Origin: a phage
Sequence record: OM867527.1
Reading direction: 5' to 3' (one strand)
Length of the DNA: 64,000 nucleotides
The stretch's first letter is position 1, and each line of letters starts with the position of its first letter. This document shows, one piece after another, positions 36,996 through 46,841 of the stretch. The position numbers and the translations under genes are program-made. The notes beneath the pieces are model-generated. The model was not told the origin of the DNA. It saw only the letters and a list, made by a program, of their open reading frames with translations, and ran no database searches.

Positions 36996-39038
36996 TTACT
37001 TAGCAGCTTTGATCAGCTTGGTAGCTAACTTAGCTTCTTCTTCAGTCAGACCCATTGCAGTGAATGACTTCTTAGCATGACGTTTATAGTCTTGCAGAGC
37101 ATGGCCTTTCTGATAGTCGGAGTACGTCGTATCGTTAAGGATGCTACGCAGATTATTAGCGTGTGTTCCATTAATTGGTTTAGGGGCAGTTTTAATAGGT
37201 TTGCTTACCTTCACTGGCTTAGGTTTACCAATAGGCTTAGCTGTATAGGTTGCACGTACATCGGCAATCTTAGCTACAACATCACTACCTACGTCGAATG
37301 CACCCCAGGGCTTACGAGCTTTACCACGCAGTTCTACTAGAAGGTCAGCAGCAGCTAACTTATCTTCTGGTGTTGTTGCATTAAGGAACTCTTTGACCAG
37401 TTCCTGGATTTGTTCTTTCACAGTAGGAGCCTTCTTAATAACAGGTTTAAGGTCGGTAGCTTTCACTGGTTCAGCTGCTACAGCTTCATTCAGTGACTCT
37501 TCCATGTTCAGTGTCTCTTTACTAGCAACTGTACGGAATTGTTCTACTGAACCAGATGTGAGATTGGTGTATTTGAGGTTAGTACCATAATGGCCTCCAA
37601 CCATAATAAGTGTGGTAGGTGAACTATGGTTCCCAACGATGGCATCATTAAGCAGCTTCTTACCTACTTCTGTCTTAGACAGGTAGATACCATTATTAAC
37701 GTTATTACGTTCCTCTTCCGGTAGTTCAGCAATAATGTGATACGCAGATACACGCATCTTATTGGTGCTGTACTCAGGAACAGCAAATACATCTTCTGGA
37801 GCTACTTTACCAAGGATAGTTACGTTACCACCGAAGCTACGAATATAGCTCATGGATGCTACGTGCAGACCATTGGAACAGTCCTGACGACGGTCAGGGT
37901 CTACCAAGTCTTCTCGTACCTGCACTTTACAACCTACCCACTGACGAATGTTACCTGAGTGACAGTCAACGAATACACGCTTACCATCCTCTGTGCCTTT
38001 ATATTGCAGGCGTTTGAGGAACAGGATTGAACCATCATCGGCAATAGGCAGTTCAGCAGTTTCCATGAACTTCATCAGGTCTTCCACTGAGTGCAGACGG
38101 TCTTTAATAACCGGAGCCAGACGCTCAAGGAACTTAGTAAAGCCCTTGTAGTCTTTCAGCTTGGCAGACTGGCGTAAGTGACGATGCAGATTCTCAACTC
38201 CAGGGATAACCCCATTGTTGGTAACAGCAACAACCACTTCATCTTCTTTCACTTCAGTATGGAAGTTAGCGTCATCGGTGCTAATAGCTCCCAATGCAGC
38301 TAACTTCTCAGAAGCAGCAGCCAGCTTATCTTGGTTCGTAGTTTTAGCTACTTCAATGTAAGGCGGTGGGGTATGTTTACGGCTGGTGAATACAATGTGT
38401 ACTCCTTTGATGTGTTTAGCTTGTTTAGCAAACTCGCTCATTTCATCATCGGATACTGCACGAATTGCAATAGGCCATTCCTGAGCAAGGGTACGGCTGG
38501 TGTGGGCATAACCCCAACGCAGTACGTCGTTAATAAAGCGAACCAGTGCAGGATGGTTATGGTCCTTATCCCAGCCAGTAACCCACATCAGATTGTCACG
38601 TCTGTCGTAGCAACCGTCAGATACAGTTACTTCTGGTTCATTAGCCTGTACAGCCAGGAAGGTATCCATAGCTTTAGACACCAGTGTCTTAGTAGGATTG
38701 CCTAGCTTAATATCGGAAACGGTATGTGCAGTGGGAACACCAGTACCATCCTGGAAGAACTCTTTAAGTTTAGCTTTAGCTACCTTGAAGAAACGGACGA
38801 ATCCGTTAGTGTTCTTCTCTGCTTCCAGATATTCAGTACGCAGGTTTACTTCCGGTGCAATGTTTACTTCTATCTGGTCTTTGGTAGTTCCCAGACCTTT
38901 GGTTTGTGCTTCAGATACAATGCGAGCAACCCGTGGGTCGCTCTGAGGATATACAATCGTGGAGCCATCAGGCTTCCACAGTGTAAGGTTACGACTGTCA
39001 ACTGCCAGTGCGATGATAGAAATCAGTTCGATTTTCAT
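36996..39038 (-). CDS. rIIB-like protein (putative), 680 aa
   Basis: Large ORF immediately downstream of the rIIA-like gene; N4-like phages carry adjacent rIIA/rIIB-like genes (recalled). No motif verified. Confidence 0.35.
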   Translation of the reverse strand: MKIELISIIALAVDSRNLTLWKPDGSTIVYPQSDPRVARIVSEAQTKGLGTTKDQIEVNIAPEVNLRTEYLEAEKNTNGFVRFFKVAKAKLKEFFQDGTGVPTAHTVSDIKLGNPTKTLVSKAMDTFLAVQANEPEVTVSDGCYDRRDNLMWVTGWDKDHNHPALVRFINDVLRWGYAHTSRTLAQEWPIAIRAVSDDEMSEFAKQAKHIKGVHIVFTSRKHTPPPYIEVAKTTNQDKLAAASEKLAALGAISTDDANFHTEVKEDEVVVAVTNNGVIPGVENLHRHLRQSAKLKDYKGFTKFLERLAPVIKDRLHSVEDLMKFMETAELPIADDGSILFLKRLQYKGTEDGKRVFVDCHSGNIRQWVGCKVQVREDLVDPDRRQDCSNGLHVASMSYIRSFGGNVTILGKVAPEDVFAVPEYSTNKMRVSAYHIIAELPEEERNNVNNGIYLSKTEVGKKLLNDAIVGNHSSPTTLIMVGGHYGTNLKYTNLTSGSVEQFRTVASKETLNMEESLNEAVAAEPVKATDLKPVIKKAPTVKEQIQELVKEFLNATTPEDKLAAADLLVELRGKARKPWGAFDVGSDVVAKIADVRATYTAKPIGKPKPVKVSKPIKTAPKPINGTHANNLRSILNDTTYSDYQKGHALQDYKRHAKKSFTAMGLTEEEAKLATKLIKAAK

Positions 39039-39042
39039 CTGA

Positions 39043-41610
39043 TTAGTTACCTTTCAGTTTATTTAGACGATTACGGTAGAGGGACTTAAACCCAGGAATA
39101 TCCTCTGGATTTTTCTTGAGGTGTTTAACTAAACTACCTAAGTCCAGCGTCTGTAGGATGTCATTTTTATTCCAGCTATAACTGAATAATCCTTTGTAAT
39201 CATTAAGTATTTGGAAATATTTATGATTGCGCGGATTAACCATCATTGTATATGGCTCTAAGTCATCAACTGACTTAATACAACCCATTTCAACAAGTTT
39301 TTCTTTGTTGTCATGCGGTCGATTTCGTAGAAAGTCATATGCCCATTCATATTCTGGTTTAAAAATCAGATTCTGTAATGGTTTGAATGTTAGACCCAGT
39401 ATGTCTAGAATTTCCCAGTACTCTCTGTCATCCAGTCCTATGTATTCCAGAATACCAATACGGTGTTCAGTAACATATTTCTTGAATCCTTTACTGGTAA
39501 TAACAGACATCAACTCATTAAAGCGAACATCATCAATGTGGATGGCACCACGTCGTTTGGCTTTGTTAGCTTCGATTTGATTACGGCAGACAACAGTCTC
39601 TGCTTTCATCTCATCGGATAACTCATACCATTTCCACATGGTTCCAATTTGAGCAGTTGCAGGACTACCAGAACCAACCTGATTGGCTAGTACGTAGTAC
39701 TTAGGCTGTTCTACTTCAACGAAACCATATTTCTCATGACGACTTGGGTCAGCAAATTCTTTCTGAATATACGGCTTGGGTTCCCAATCTCCATTTTTAT
39801 TCCGTACCTGGGTAGTATCAAGAACTGCATTCAATGAAACCAGTGCATTAGTTTTACCCCCTGCTTTGGTTTTATTGGCAGCTATTGTCTTAGCCCGTTT
39901 CTCGGCAGCTAACTTAGCCTGTTCCCTACGGAAGTTAGTTGGCTTGTCCCACTCATTATATTGAGTAAGGTCAATTACCCGATAGCCCATAGCAGTGAAC
40001 TTAGCTACAGCTTCCTCTGCTGCACCCTTCTTAGGACCAACGACGTGAACAAAAGCTGTACGCTCCAAGTCACCTCGGTTGTATTCAGGGAAGTACGAGA
40101 AAGAGTCTGCACAATCAGACAAACGTCTGGTAACTACAACGTTTTTGGTAGTGAATATACCGATACTCTGGTGAGAGTTATTGTATATCCTAAAGTAATC
40201 AGTAAGTTTACCTTTTACCAAGTCAACACGGTTACCTTGATTCATTATGTAACCAGACCACTTAATACCTGAGGTTTTTAAAGCAGCAAGTTGAGGTAGG
40301 TGCAGATGGCGATATACTAATTCCGAGAATGGGGAGTATGTACTTTCTCCACGAGTATCCTTAAGAGCACGCATAGCCTTACCATACAACTTCTTAAGTC
40401 CTGCATATTCAGGACGGGCCAATAATGCTTTATTGGATAGGTTACGCCAGTGCTTGATGTAATGCTTGCGTTGCTTAGCCCACAAACTAGAGGACATATA
40501 GCGTTGAACGGTTCTGTCTGTAACAGCACCCAGGAAAGAAGGATATTCCCAGAAGCGGGTAGAGGATTCAGAGGCGTATTCCTCAACCTGCTTAATAGCT
40601 TCAGGAATCTTAGCCTTAATCTCTTTCTCCATACGGTCTACTAAATCTACACACAGAGTAGTAATACCATCGTCGGTTAACTTCTGGTTAGATAGTGTTT
40701 CACGACTAGGAGCAATAGCTAGAGTATCCGGTGCAGCCTGAACTACTAGATTGTCAGCACCAATAATATTCATGAAGTTGAGGATAAGACCTACAGCTTC
40801 TTCACTAGCAGGGCTGGATACAATTGGGTACATTACATTACCGTAACGAACGAATATGTTACTGTTGCCCATATAGCCTTTATACCAGCTATCAGACATA
40901 TCATATGAACCAGGTTCAAATGACATACCCAGCGTATTCAGTAGAGTGTAGTCACCTTGTTGAATACTATTACCTTCTTCCGTTTTAACAAGTTTAGGAA
41001 TACTAAGTTCAGCTTTAATCTCACCGTTAAATACAATTGATGTGATGTAATGCACGAAGGTATTTACATCATGCTTTCCTAACTGGAATTTAACTTCCAG
41101 ACCAGATTCCTCAGTGGGAATATTGGTAACAATAGGAACAATACCAGGCTTACCATCATTCTCAATTGCAGCCTTAGCTACGTTATATACCGACATCTTT
41201 CCTTGGTTCCATGAAGTAACCTGGAAGCTATCTGTATAAGCGAATGGGGATTTACATCCCAGACCAAAGCCACCAGTAACACTACTATTGGCTTTCTTAG
41301 TAGATGCACCATAGACGCCATAAATGGAACCAATGAGTTCATCCGGGATACCATTACCAAAGTCACGGAAGGTAATAAAGTTATCAGTATCAATAGTGAT
41401 ACGGATAGGAGTATCAGTCTTACCTGCTTCAATATGAGCATCCCAACTATTACAGATAGTCTCACGAACCACTGCTAAAGTAGGATTGTTATACAGGGAA
41501 GTACTTAATACATGAAAGAATGCTGGGTCATCAGAGATGCCAAAGGCAATTGTTTCTTTGCCACCCAGTGTCGCTGAGGTAGCTATTTCATTGGTATCTG
41601 CAACTAACAT
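39043..41610 (-). CDS. rIIA-like protein with GHKL-type ATPase fold, 855 aa
   Basis: N-terminal GHKL-like motifs RETICNSWDAHIEAG (N-box-like ExxxN..DA) and FRDFGNGIPDE (G1-box-like DxGxG), as in T4 rIIA N-terminal domain. Confidence 0.5.
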   Translation of the reverse strand: MLVADTNEIATSATLGGKETIAFGISDDPAFFHVLSTSLYNNPTLAVVRETICNSWDAHIEAGKTDTPIRITIDTDNFITFRDFGNGIPDELIGSIYGVYGASTKKANSSVTGGFGLGCKSPFAYTDSFQVTSWNQGKMSVYNVAKAAIENDGKPGIVPIVTNIPTEESGLEVKFQLGKHDVNTFVHYITSIVFNGEIKAELSIPKLVKTEEGNSIQQGDYTLLNTLGMSFEPGSYDMSDSWYKGYMGNSNIFVRYGNVMYPIVSSPASEEAVGLILNFMNIIGADNLVVQAAPDTLAIAPSRETLSNQKLTDDGITTLCVDLVDRMEKEIKAKIPEAIKQVEEYASESSTRFWEYPSFLGAVTDRTVQRYMSSSLWAKQRKHYIKHWRNLSNKALLARPEYAGLKKLYGKAMRALKDTRGESTYSPFSELVYRHLHLPQLAALKTSGIKWSGYIMNQGNRVDLVKGKLTDYFRIYNNSHQSIGIFTTKNVVVTRRLSDCADSFSYFPEYNRGDLERTAFVHVVGPKKGAAEEAVAKFTAMGYRVIDLTQYNEWDKPTNFRREQAKLAAEKRAKTIAANKTKAGGKTNALVSLNAVLDTTQVRNKNGDWEPKPYIQKEFADPSRHEKYGFVEVEQPKYYVLANQVGSGSPATAQIGTMWKWYELSDEMKAETVVCRNQIEANKAKRRGAIHIDDVRFNELMSVITSKGFKKYVTEHRIGILEYIGLDDREYWEILDILGLTFKPLQNLIFKPEYEWAYDFLRNRPHDNKEKLVEMGCIKSVDDLEPYTMMVNPRNHKYFQILNDYKGLFSYSWNKNDILQTLDLGSLVKHLKKNPEDIPGFKSLYRNRLNKLKGN

Positions 41611-41650
41611 TTATTTACTCTCCAGATTAAATGTTGCTTCTTAATATTGA

Positions 41651-41959
41651 TTAACGTTTACTTGCCATTGCTTGAAGGACAAATACTACAGTATCGGAAA
41701 CTTGTTCATCCGTTGGTTCAACTAATTGTCCATTCTCGTCATACATTTCTTTCAGAAGTGCATTCAGTTCAGCCATACCAGCCAGTATCATTTCCTTGCT
41801 TGGCTCTATCCATAACTTACGTTCCTCTGCCAGTGCAGCAATGCACATACATAGAGAAGCAATGTTAGCTGGGCAAGCAGCAATATCACCTGTAACTGCA
41901 ATTTCGCTAAGTGGAACAGCCTTACCGGTTTTACTATGAATTACTTCAGGGTTAATCAT
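41651..41959 (-). CDS. hypothetical protein
   Basis: ORF; start placed at an internal ATG to limit overlap with the upstream 70-aa gene. Confidence 0.35.
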   Translation of the reverse strand: MINPEVIHSKTGKAVPLSEIAVTGDIAACPANIASLCMCIAALAEERKLWIEPSKEMILAGMAELNALLKEMYDENGQLVEPTDEQVSDTVVFVLQAMASKR

Positions 41960-42164
41960 GAATTTGCTCCAGGTTATGGGCAGGAATAGGGAAGCATGGA
42001 TAGTCACCGGTAGGGTCCAGTGTTACTGACACATGCAGTGTATTGGTCATTTGGGTTAGCATCTGAGCAGCATTGAAATCATCCTGGATACAGGCATATA
42101 CAATGTCACCCTTCTCACCCTCACACATTATGGGTGTGTCTTTGATACGGTATTTAGCAGGCAT
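41952..42164 (-). CDS. hypothetical protein (70 aa)
   Basis: Small ORF with AAGGAAA RBS upstream of the ATG. Confidence 0.4.
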   Translation of the reverse strand: MPAKYRIKDTPIMCEGEKGDIVYACIQDDFNAAQMLTQMTNTLHVSVTLDPTGDYPCFPIPAHNLEQIHD

Positions 42165-42173
42165 ATTGTTTCC

Positions 42174-42428
42174 TTATTTTTTAATAACAATGGGATTTCT
42201 GTAATCCCAGGCTCTATTAAGTTTTTCCAACTTAAATCCTGCATACTCTGCTTCTTTAGACAGGATATCTTCGGCAGTGTCCATTGCATTAATTTTGCGT
42301 AAACGCCCATCTATACAGATGTTTTTAAAACTGCCTATGGATTCTCTGTATATTCCATTGGAATCTTTCTCTAGCATGGTTGCATACCAACTTGCCATAA
42401 GTCCTCCTGGGACAGTTATTGAAACCAA
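42174..42428 (-). CDS. hypothetical protein (84 aa)
   Basis: Small ORF on the minus block. Confidence 0.4.
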   Translation of the reverse strand: MVSITVPGGLMASWYATMLEKDSNGIYRESIGSFKNICIDGRLRKINAMDTAEDILSKEAEYAGFKLEKLNRAWDYRNPIVIKK

Positions 42429-42453
42429 AAAAAGACCTCCCGGAGGAGGTCTT
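42425..42453 (-). terminator. rho-independent terminator (minus strand)
   Basis: 9-bp stem AAGACCTCC/GGAGGTCTT with 4-nt loop, followed on the minus strand by a T7 run. Confidence 0.55.
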
Positions 42454-42457
42454 AGGT

Positions 42458-42694
42458 CTACTTACTATTTCCACCAAAGAAGCGTATCACACGTTCCTTT
42501 GCTTCATCCTGCTCCTTAATGGCTACATAATCCCGTGCATAGTAATATGCACACCATAAGCCAAGAGTACATGCAGAGAAGCGAGCCACTACGAAGAACA
42601 TCTCTTCCAGGCTCTGAGCATTATGTAATGAAAATACAAATTCCAGAACCAGGATGATACTTATAATCATTGCTTGGATAGCTAGTTTTTTCAT
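42458..42694 (-). CDS. small membrane protein (78 aa)
   Basis: Two hydrophobic helices (IQAMIISIILVLEFVF...; CTLGLWCAYYYA). Confidence 0.4.
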   Translation of the reverse strand: MKKLAIQAMIISIILVLEFVFSLHNAQSLEEMFFVVARFSACTLGLWCAYYYARDYVAIKEQDEAKERVIRFFGGNSK

Positions 42695-43635
42695 TCAGTA
42701 ATAGTCTCACCAGGAATTAATTTACGGAATTGAATAAAGTGAAGCAGGTTACCTGAGTACAGTTTCCCTTCTTTATCCATGGATGTAACACCTTGTTCCC
42801 AGGTAACTGGGTTCATGTTATTCACGTACTTCTCACCAAGATTCATAGGTGTAGCCTGATGTTCTGTTGGGGAAGCATGAATAGGTTGGTTTTCCACTAA
42901 CTTAGCAAATAAGCCAAGGTCTTCTTCAATAGTAGATGGTCGTCCCTCAAAGTTGTTATAGGAAGCACGGGCACAGCGTGCAGCACTTACTTTGAGAAGT
43001 AGGCCATGCACTTCTGCATCACTTGGTTCATCGCGTGTAATTCGATTACGTTTGCAGAAATTGTAAGCCCCAACACGGTCAATATGAGCAATATATGGCA
43101 TATGCCATTGACCGTACGGTAATGCTCTTGGTGTGCTTTCTTCGTGTGCCTTACGCATTGCTTGAGCCAGTTCACGAATCTCTGGTTGTGCATCTTTGTG
43201 GTCACGCAGTCCATAGAAATTAGCCCAGCTAGTCGAAGTTACCACTACACGGATGTGTGTGAATGGTTCCAGAATACGGTTAACAATCTGCTTATGTACT
43301 TGCCCACGACGCAGCTGTTCAGCATACACAGCAGCAGCAGATGCAGCGTTATCCCAGATAAACTTAGCATCCTCAATCTCCATAGGAGTGAGTTCTTCCT
43401 CTGCTTGCATACCTTTCTGGTTTTTACCCCAGTGACTTGGCATCACTGGTTCATTACGAACCTGTTCAATAAGCTTAGAGGTAGGAATAGCACGACTGCT
43501 TGAAGCATTACGGTTGAATACACGGTGAGTCATAAACTCACTGTGGATGAATCGGGGATAAACCAATTCAAAGGTTGTGATACGAGTTCCTGTTTCTGGG
43601 TGAACGGAATCTGCAATTACTGATGCCTTAATCAT
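42691..43635 (-). CDS. thyX: flavin-dependent thymidylate synthase (ThyX-like)
   Basis: TTFELVYPRFIHSEFMTHRVFNRNASSSR aligns by eye to the ThyX signature region FTF.V.AP.FV..Q..RHR(x7)S.R, with the first Arg replaced by Thr. Confidence 0.5.
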   Translation of the reverse strand: MIKASVIADSVHPETGTRITTFELVYPRFIHSEFMTHRVFNRNASSSRAIPTSKLIEQVRNEPVMPSHWGKNQKGMQAEEELTPMEIEDAKFIWDNAASAAAVYAEQLRRGQVHKQIVNRILEPFTHIRVVVTSTSWANFYGLRDHKDAQPEIRELAQAMRKAHEESTPRALPYGQWHMPYIAHIDRVGAYNFCKRNRITRDEPSDAEVHGLLLKVSAARCARASYNNFEGRPSTIEEDLGLFAKLVENQPIHASPTEHQATPMNLGEKYVNNMNPVTWEQGVTSMDKEGKLYSGNLLHFIQFRKLIPGETITE

Positions 43636-44078
43636 TAGAATGACCTTAGATAGTTGGTGATACCACTTCTCGTCTCTGTGATTCTCTTAACCTGAACGTA
43701 TACCAGCTTAAACTCACTACGAGGTAGTTCTTGTAATACTGCTACACCTTCAGTAAGAGCCACAGAACACGCTACAGCGGTTTCTTCTTTAAAGGAGTAC
43801 AAGTCTTCATACATGAGGGCTTCATACTCTTTACGGAGCATACAGAGAGCATTTCTTGCCTTATCACTTACTTCTTGTGAACCAGCAGATATAGCTAAGC
43901 TGTATATGATAAAGACTTGTTCAAAAACAAAGTCCAGTAATCTATCAGGATTGTTAGTCCCTATGAATAATTTTGTTGTGTAGGAACGAGCTTTACGATT
44001 GAGTTCATACTCATCCTCTATACCTTTCTTATAAAGAACATGGCTTCGTTCTCTTTTTCTTAGGAATGGGATACGCAT
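43635..44078 (-). CDS. hypothetical protein (147 aa)
   Basis: ORF with 1-nt stop/start junction to the ThyX-like gene. Confidence 0.4.
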   Translation of the reverse strand: MRIPFLRKRERSHVLYKKGIEDEYELNRKARSYTTKLFIGTNNPDRLLDFVFEQVFIIYSLAISAGSQEVSDKARNALCMLRKEYEALMYEDLYSFKEETAVACSVALTEGVAVLQELPRSEFKLVYVQVKRITETRSGITNYLRSF

Positions 44079-44476
44079 TAGTATTTACTACCTCTTCTAT
44101 ACCAGGGGTAGTGATGGGTAGTGCTCTTACTTTTAAACACATCCTTAGTACGAGGATTCTTTTGTATTTGAGCCAGATAAAGTTGTGTAACATCACCACA
44201 CGGGTTAAGCCAGAACTTATCTATGATTCGGTCTACCTTAGATTTCAAATGTGGTTCTGGGGAAACGTAAGTTTCAACAAATACCTGTCTACCTGACCAT
44301 CCATTAGCTAATGTTTGTTTCATCTTGGAGAGCGTATTCTCCAGACTCATTAAATCAAACTTAGACTCAGTAATATCTACCGAGTCATGAATTCCTGCGT
44401 GTGCAATTAGTCTTTCTTCCAGTTTACTAAAGTCCAAATCATGTAGGACTGATTTACCTCGTCTATTTTGAAACAT
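44078..44476 (-). CDS. hypothetical protein (132 aa)
   Basis: ORF abutting the downstream gene. Confidence 0.4.
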   Translation of the reverse strand: MFQNRRGKSVLHDLDFSKLEERLIAHAGIHDSVDITESKFDLMSLENTLSKMKQTLANGWSGRQVFVETYVSPEPHLKSKVDRIIDKFWLNPCGDVTQLYLAQIQKNPRTKDVFKSKSTTHHYPWYRRGSKY

Positions 44477-44490
44477 AACAGTACCTGTAA

Positions 44491-44518
44491 TTAAAAAAGC
44501 CCACGGGTTAGGTGGGCT
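44491..44518 (-). terminator. rho-independent terminator (minus strand)
   Basis: AGCCCAC-(7-nt loop)-GTGGGCT followed on the minus strand by a T6 run. Confidence 0.5.
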
Positions 44519-44591
44519 TGGGTTAGGAGATGGATAAGCAATGAGCTGGAAGTAACTTCCAGAAGTACCCTCTTAGGGATACTTCGGTTAG

Positions 44592-44870
44592 TTACTCTGC
44601 TTTACTGCCACCATTGGTTTGTACAACAGTTACATTAGTAACCTGGTTCTGACCTTTGTTGGACAGTGACCAAATCAGTGCTACTACCCAGAATACTAGT
44701 GACCAGCCTAATACGATATTAAGCACACCAATGCCCCACTTAGAGGCATGGCCTCGTGAGAAAGCAATGATAGTAGGGATAAGGTATACAGCTAATATGA
44801 ATAAGAAAACAAGGATTGCTGCTAAAGATTCCATGATGGTTCCTATGTGGGGTTGAGTTAGTTTCTTCAC
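44592..44870 (-). CDS. small membrane protein (92 aa)
   Basis: Two or three hydrophobic helices (LAAILVFLFILAVYLIPTIIAF; VLNIVLGWSLVFWVVALIW). Confidence 0.45.
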   Translation of the reverse strand: MKKLTQPHIGTIMESLAAILVFLFILAVYLIPTIIAFSRGHASKWGIGVLNIVLGWSLVFWVVALIWSLSNKGQNQVTNVTVVQTNGGSKAE

Positions 44871-44907
44871 AAATAGCCCAACTATGCTGGGCTATTTAGG
44901 CAGCTAC

Positions 44908-45117
44908 TTACTCAGCATCTTTGCTTGCAGGAGCAAGAGCTTTCTTCAGGTAATTACGTACCGAACGATAGGTTTCTTTGGTGTCCATAGTACTATCATT
45001 TACGAATGTGATACGTGCACAATCAGACAGTGGAATCTGTTCCACTCCTACTACATTTGCAGCATTAATGGTTACACGTACATCTGAGGTTGCATGAGTT
45101 ACTTGAAATACTGACAT
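44908..45117 (-). CDS. hypothetical protein (69 aa)
   Basis: Small ORF upstream of the terminator, minus block. Confidence 0.35.
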   Translation of the reverse strand: MSVFQVTHATSDVRVTINAANVVGVEQIPLSDCARITFVNDSTMDTKETYRSVRNYLKKALAPASKDAE

Positions 45118-45126
45118 GTTGTTTCC

Positions 45127-45633
45127 TTATTTACTTTCTTTAGCTTTTACTGGTTTATCCGGTTGATTCATGTACTTGCCATTGTAATTAGCAGGTTCCT
45201 GAACCAGATGAAATAATACTTGAGCTATCCCAGCACCAGCCGGGATATGCAATTTCTTACGACCATGATAGACCAATTCAAGGGTAAGATATCCTTTCCA
45301 TCCTGGTTCTATTACGGTATTGAACACTGATAATGCGCGTCTTGCCCATGTAGACTTATCGTGAACGATAGCTACACAGGACGGAGACATGTTGAACTTC
45401 TCAATTGCTGAAGCCAATGTGAACTTACCGAAATGGTGTGATACTTGATTTCCATCAACGACTTTCACCATTGGAATCAACCCAAATAAGCGATAGAAGG
45501 TAATATCTTGTTTGATACGAATATCATAACCAGCTTCCCCCAATCCATAGCTTACACCGTGTTCGGATACCTTACGGTCTGGAACATCCAGCAATTGGGA
45601 TGAACGATATAGAGAATTACCGTTAACAACCAT
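45127..45633 (-). CDS. dcd: dCTP deaminase / dUTPase-superfamily protein
   Basis: VIEPGWKGYLTLEL and HIPAGAGIAQVLF resemble the dCTP-deaminase conserved segments (recalled). Confidence 0.6.
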   Translation of the reverse strand: MVVNGNSLYRSSQLLDVPDRKVSEHGVSYGLGEAGYDIRIKQDITFYRLFGLIPMVKVVDGNQVSHHFGKFTLASAIEKFNMSPSCVAIVHDKSTWARRALSVFNTVIEPGWKGYLTLELVYHGRKKLHIPAGAGIAQVLFHLVQEPANYNGKYMNQPDKPVKAKESK

Positions 45634-46841
45634 TATTTCATTCCTTTAGGGATATGAACTACCTCCCCAAAAGGTACGGTAGCATTAGGATTATTCAGAA
45701 CACACCAGATGATAGGAATATCAAATGGCAATTCTTCCATTGGACGAACATACATATCAGAGAATATGATTGCAGCGGTTGGCTTATTCTTAATAATCCA
45801 CTCGCGTACTGGTTCTAGGTTTGTACCACCACGACCAGTAATCTTAATCTCTTCGAAAGTATCTTCTTCAGTGATGTCTATTTCTTCTTGAATAATATCG
45901 TCAAAGGTAATTAAGGACATCTTCTTAGGATTGAACTGGCTCTTAACGTAGGCAACCTCTGAGTTAAAACGTAGAGAGTCAGCACTACTAATAGAACCAG
46001 ATACATCTTCAAAGTAGGCTAAGTGTCGTAGACGTCCTTCATCATCTTCCAGTGAAGGTAGATAGATGTCAGTGTAACGACGGTTAGGTCTGGCCCACGT
46101 ATAGTGAGTGTCATTAATGTCGGTAAAGAAGTTCATGAGAACTTCCTGCCATGGAACCACTGGCTTAAGGAATTGGGTAATAACCTCTTCCATACGACCA
46201 GCACCTTTACCGGGCATCTGTCCACCAGCCATCTTCTGGCTCTGCATTGCACGTACTACGTTGTTGACAACAGCACCCTGGGACTGCCCCGAAGTGGGGG
46301 ATTTCATGTCGCCAGCAAGACCTGCTCCAGCACCCCCCGACGGCTTCTGCCTTTTCTGGGGGTTCTTCATCAGGTCATCGTAGATGTCTTCTTCAACCCA
46401 TCCTTTATATTGAGGGTCTTTGCAAATGCCTTCATCGATACCAGTGAACTTGTAACCATCCTCTTCTAACTGAAGGTTAATGAAGTGGTCACACGCCTGG
46501 TTCCAGACTTCTGGGTCACGGCTTCCACGACGAATGTCATGTAGATATGCCACATGCCATAGTTCATGCATTAATACTGTTTCTCTTGCATCTGGACACA
46601 TCCAGATAAAGAAATCAGGGTTGAAATGGAGTTCTATCCCATCAGTACATGCAGTGGGGCAATCCTCACGTTTCCATGAGAATTTAAGGCTACACAGTAA
46701 TGAACCAAAGAACGCAGCACTGCGTCCTAGGAAAGCCTGAGCCTGAATACGGTCATACTCACGCATGAGTTGTTCATCACTAAGTGTGTGCTGAGGAAAT
46801 TGGTTCATGTTGTGATTATCCGTGAATGTAACGAGAGACAT
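45633..46841 (-). CDS. vWA-domain protein with N-terminal HExxH metallopeptidase-like motif (N4 gp25-like)
   Basis: HELWHVAYLH (HExxH) in the N-terminal half; MIDAS-like DVSGSIS in the C-terminal half; directly downstream of a MoxR-type AAA ATPase. Confidence 0.55.
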   Translation of the reverse strand: MSLVTFTDNHNMNQFPQHTLSDEQLMREYDRIQAQAFLGRSAAFFGSLLCSLKFSWKREDCPTACTDGIELHFNPDFFIWMCPDARETVLMHELWHVAYLHDIRRGSRDPEVWNQACDHFINLQLEEDGYKFTGIDEGICKDPQYKGWVEEDIYDDLMKNPQKRQKPSGGAGAGLAGDMKSPTSGQSQGAVVNNVVRAMQSQKMAGGQMPGKGAGRMEEVITQFLKPVVPWQEVLMNFFTDINDTHYTWARPNRRYTDIYLPSLEDDEGRLRHLAYFEDVSGSISSADSLRFNSEVAYVKSQFNPKKMSLITFDDIIQEEIDITEEDTFEEIKITGRGGTNLEPVREWIIKNKPTAAIIFSDMYVRPMEELPFDIPIIWCVLNNPNATVPFGEVVHIPKGMK

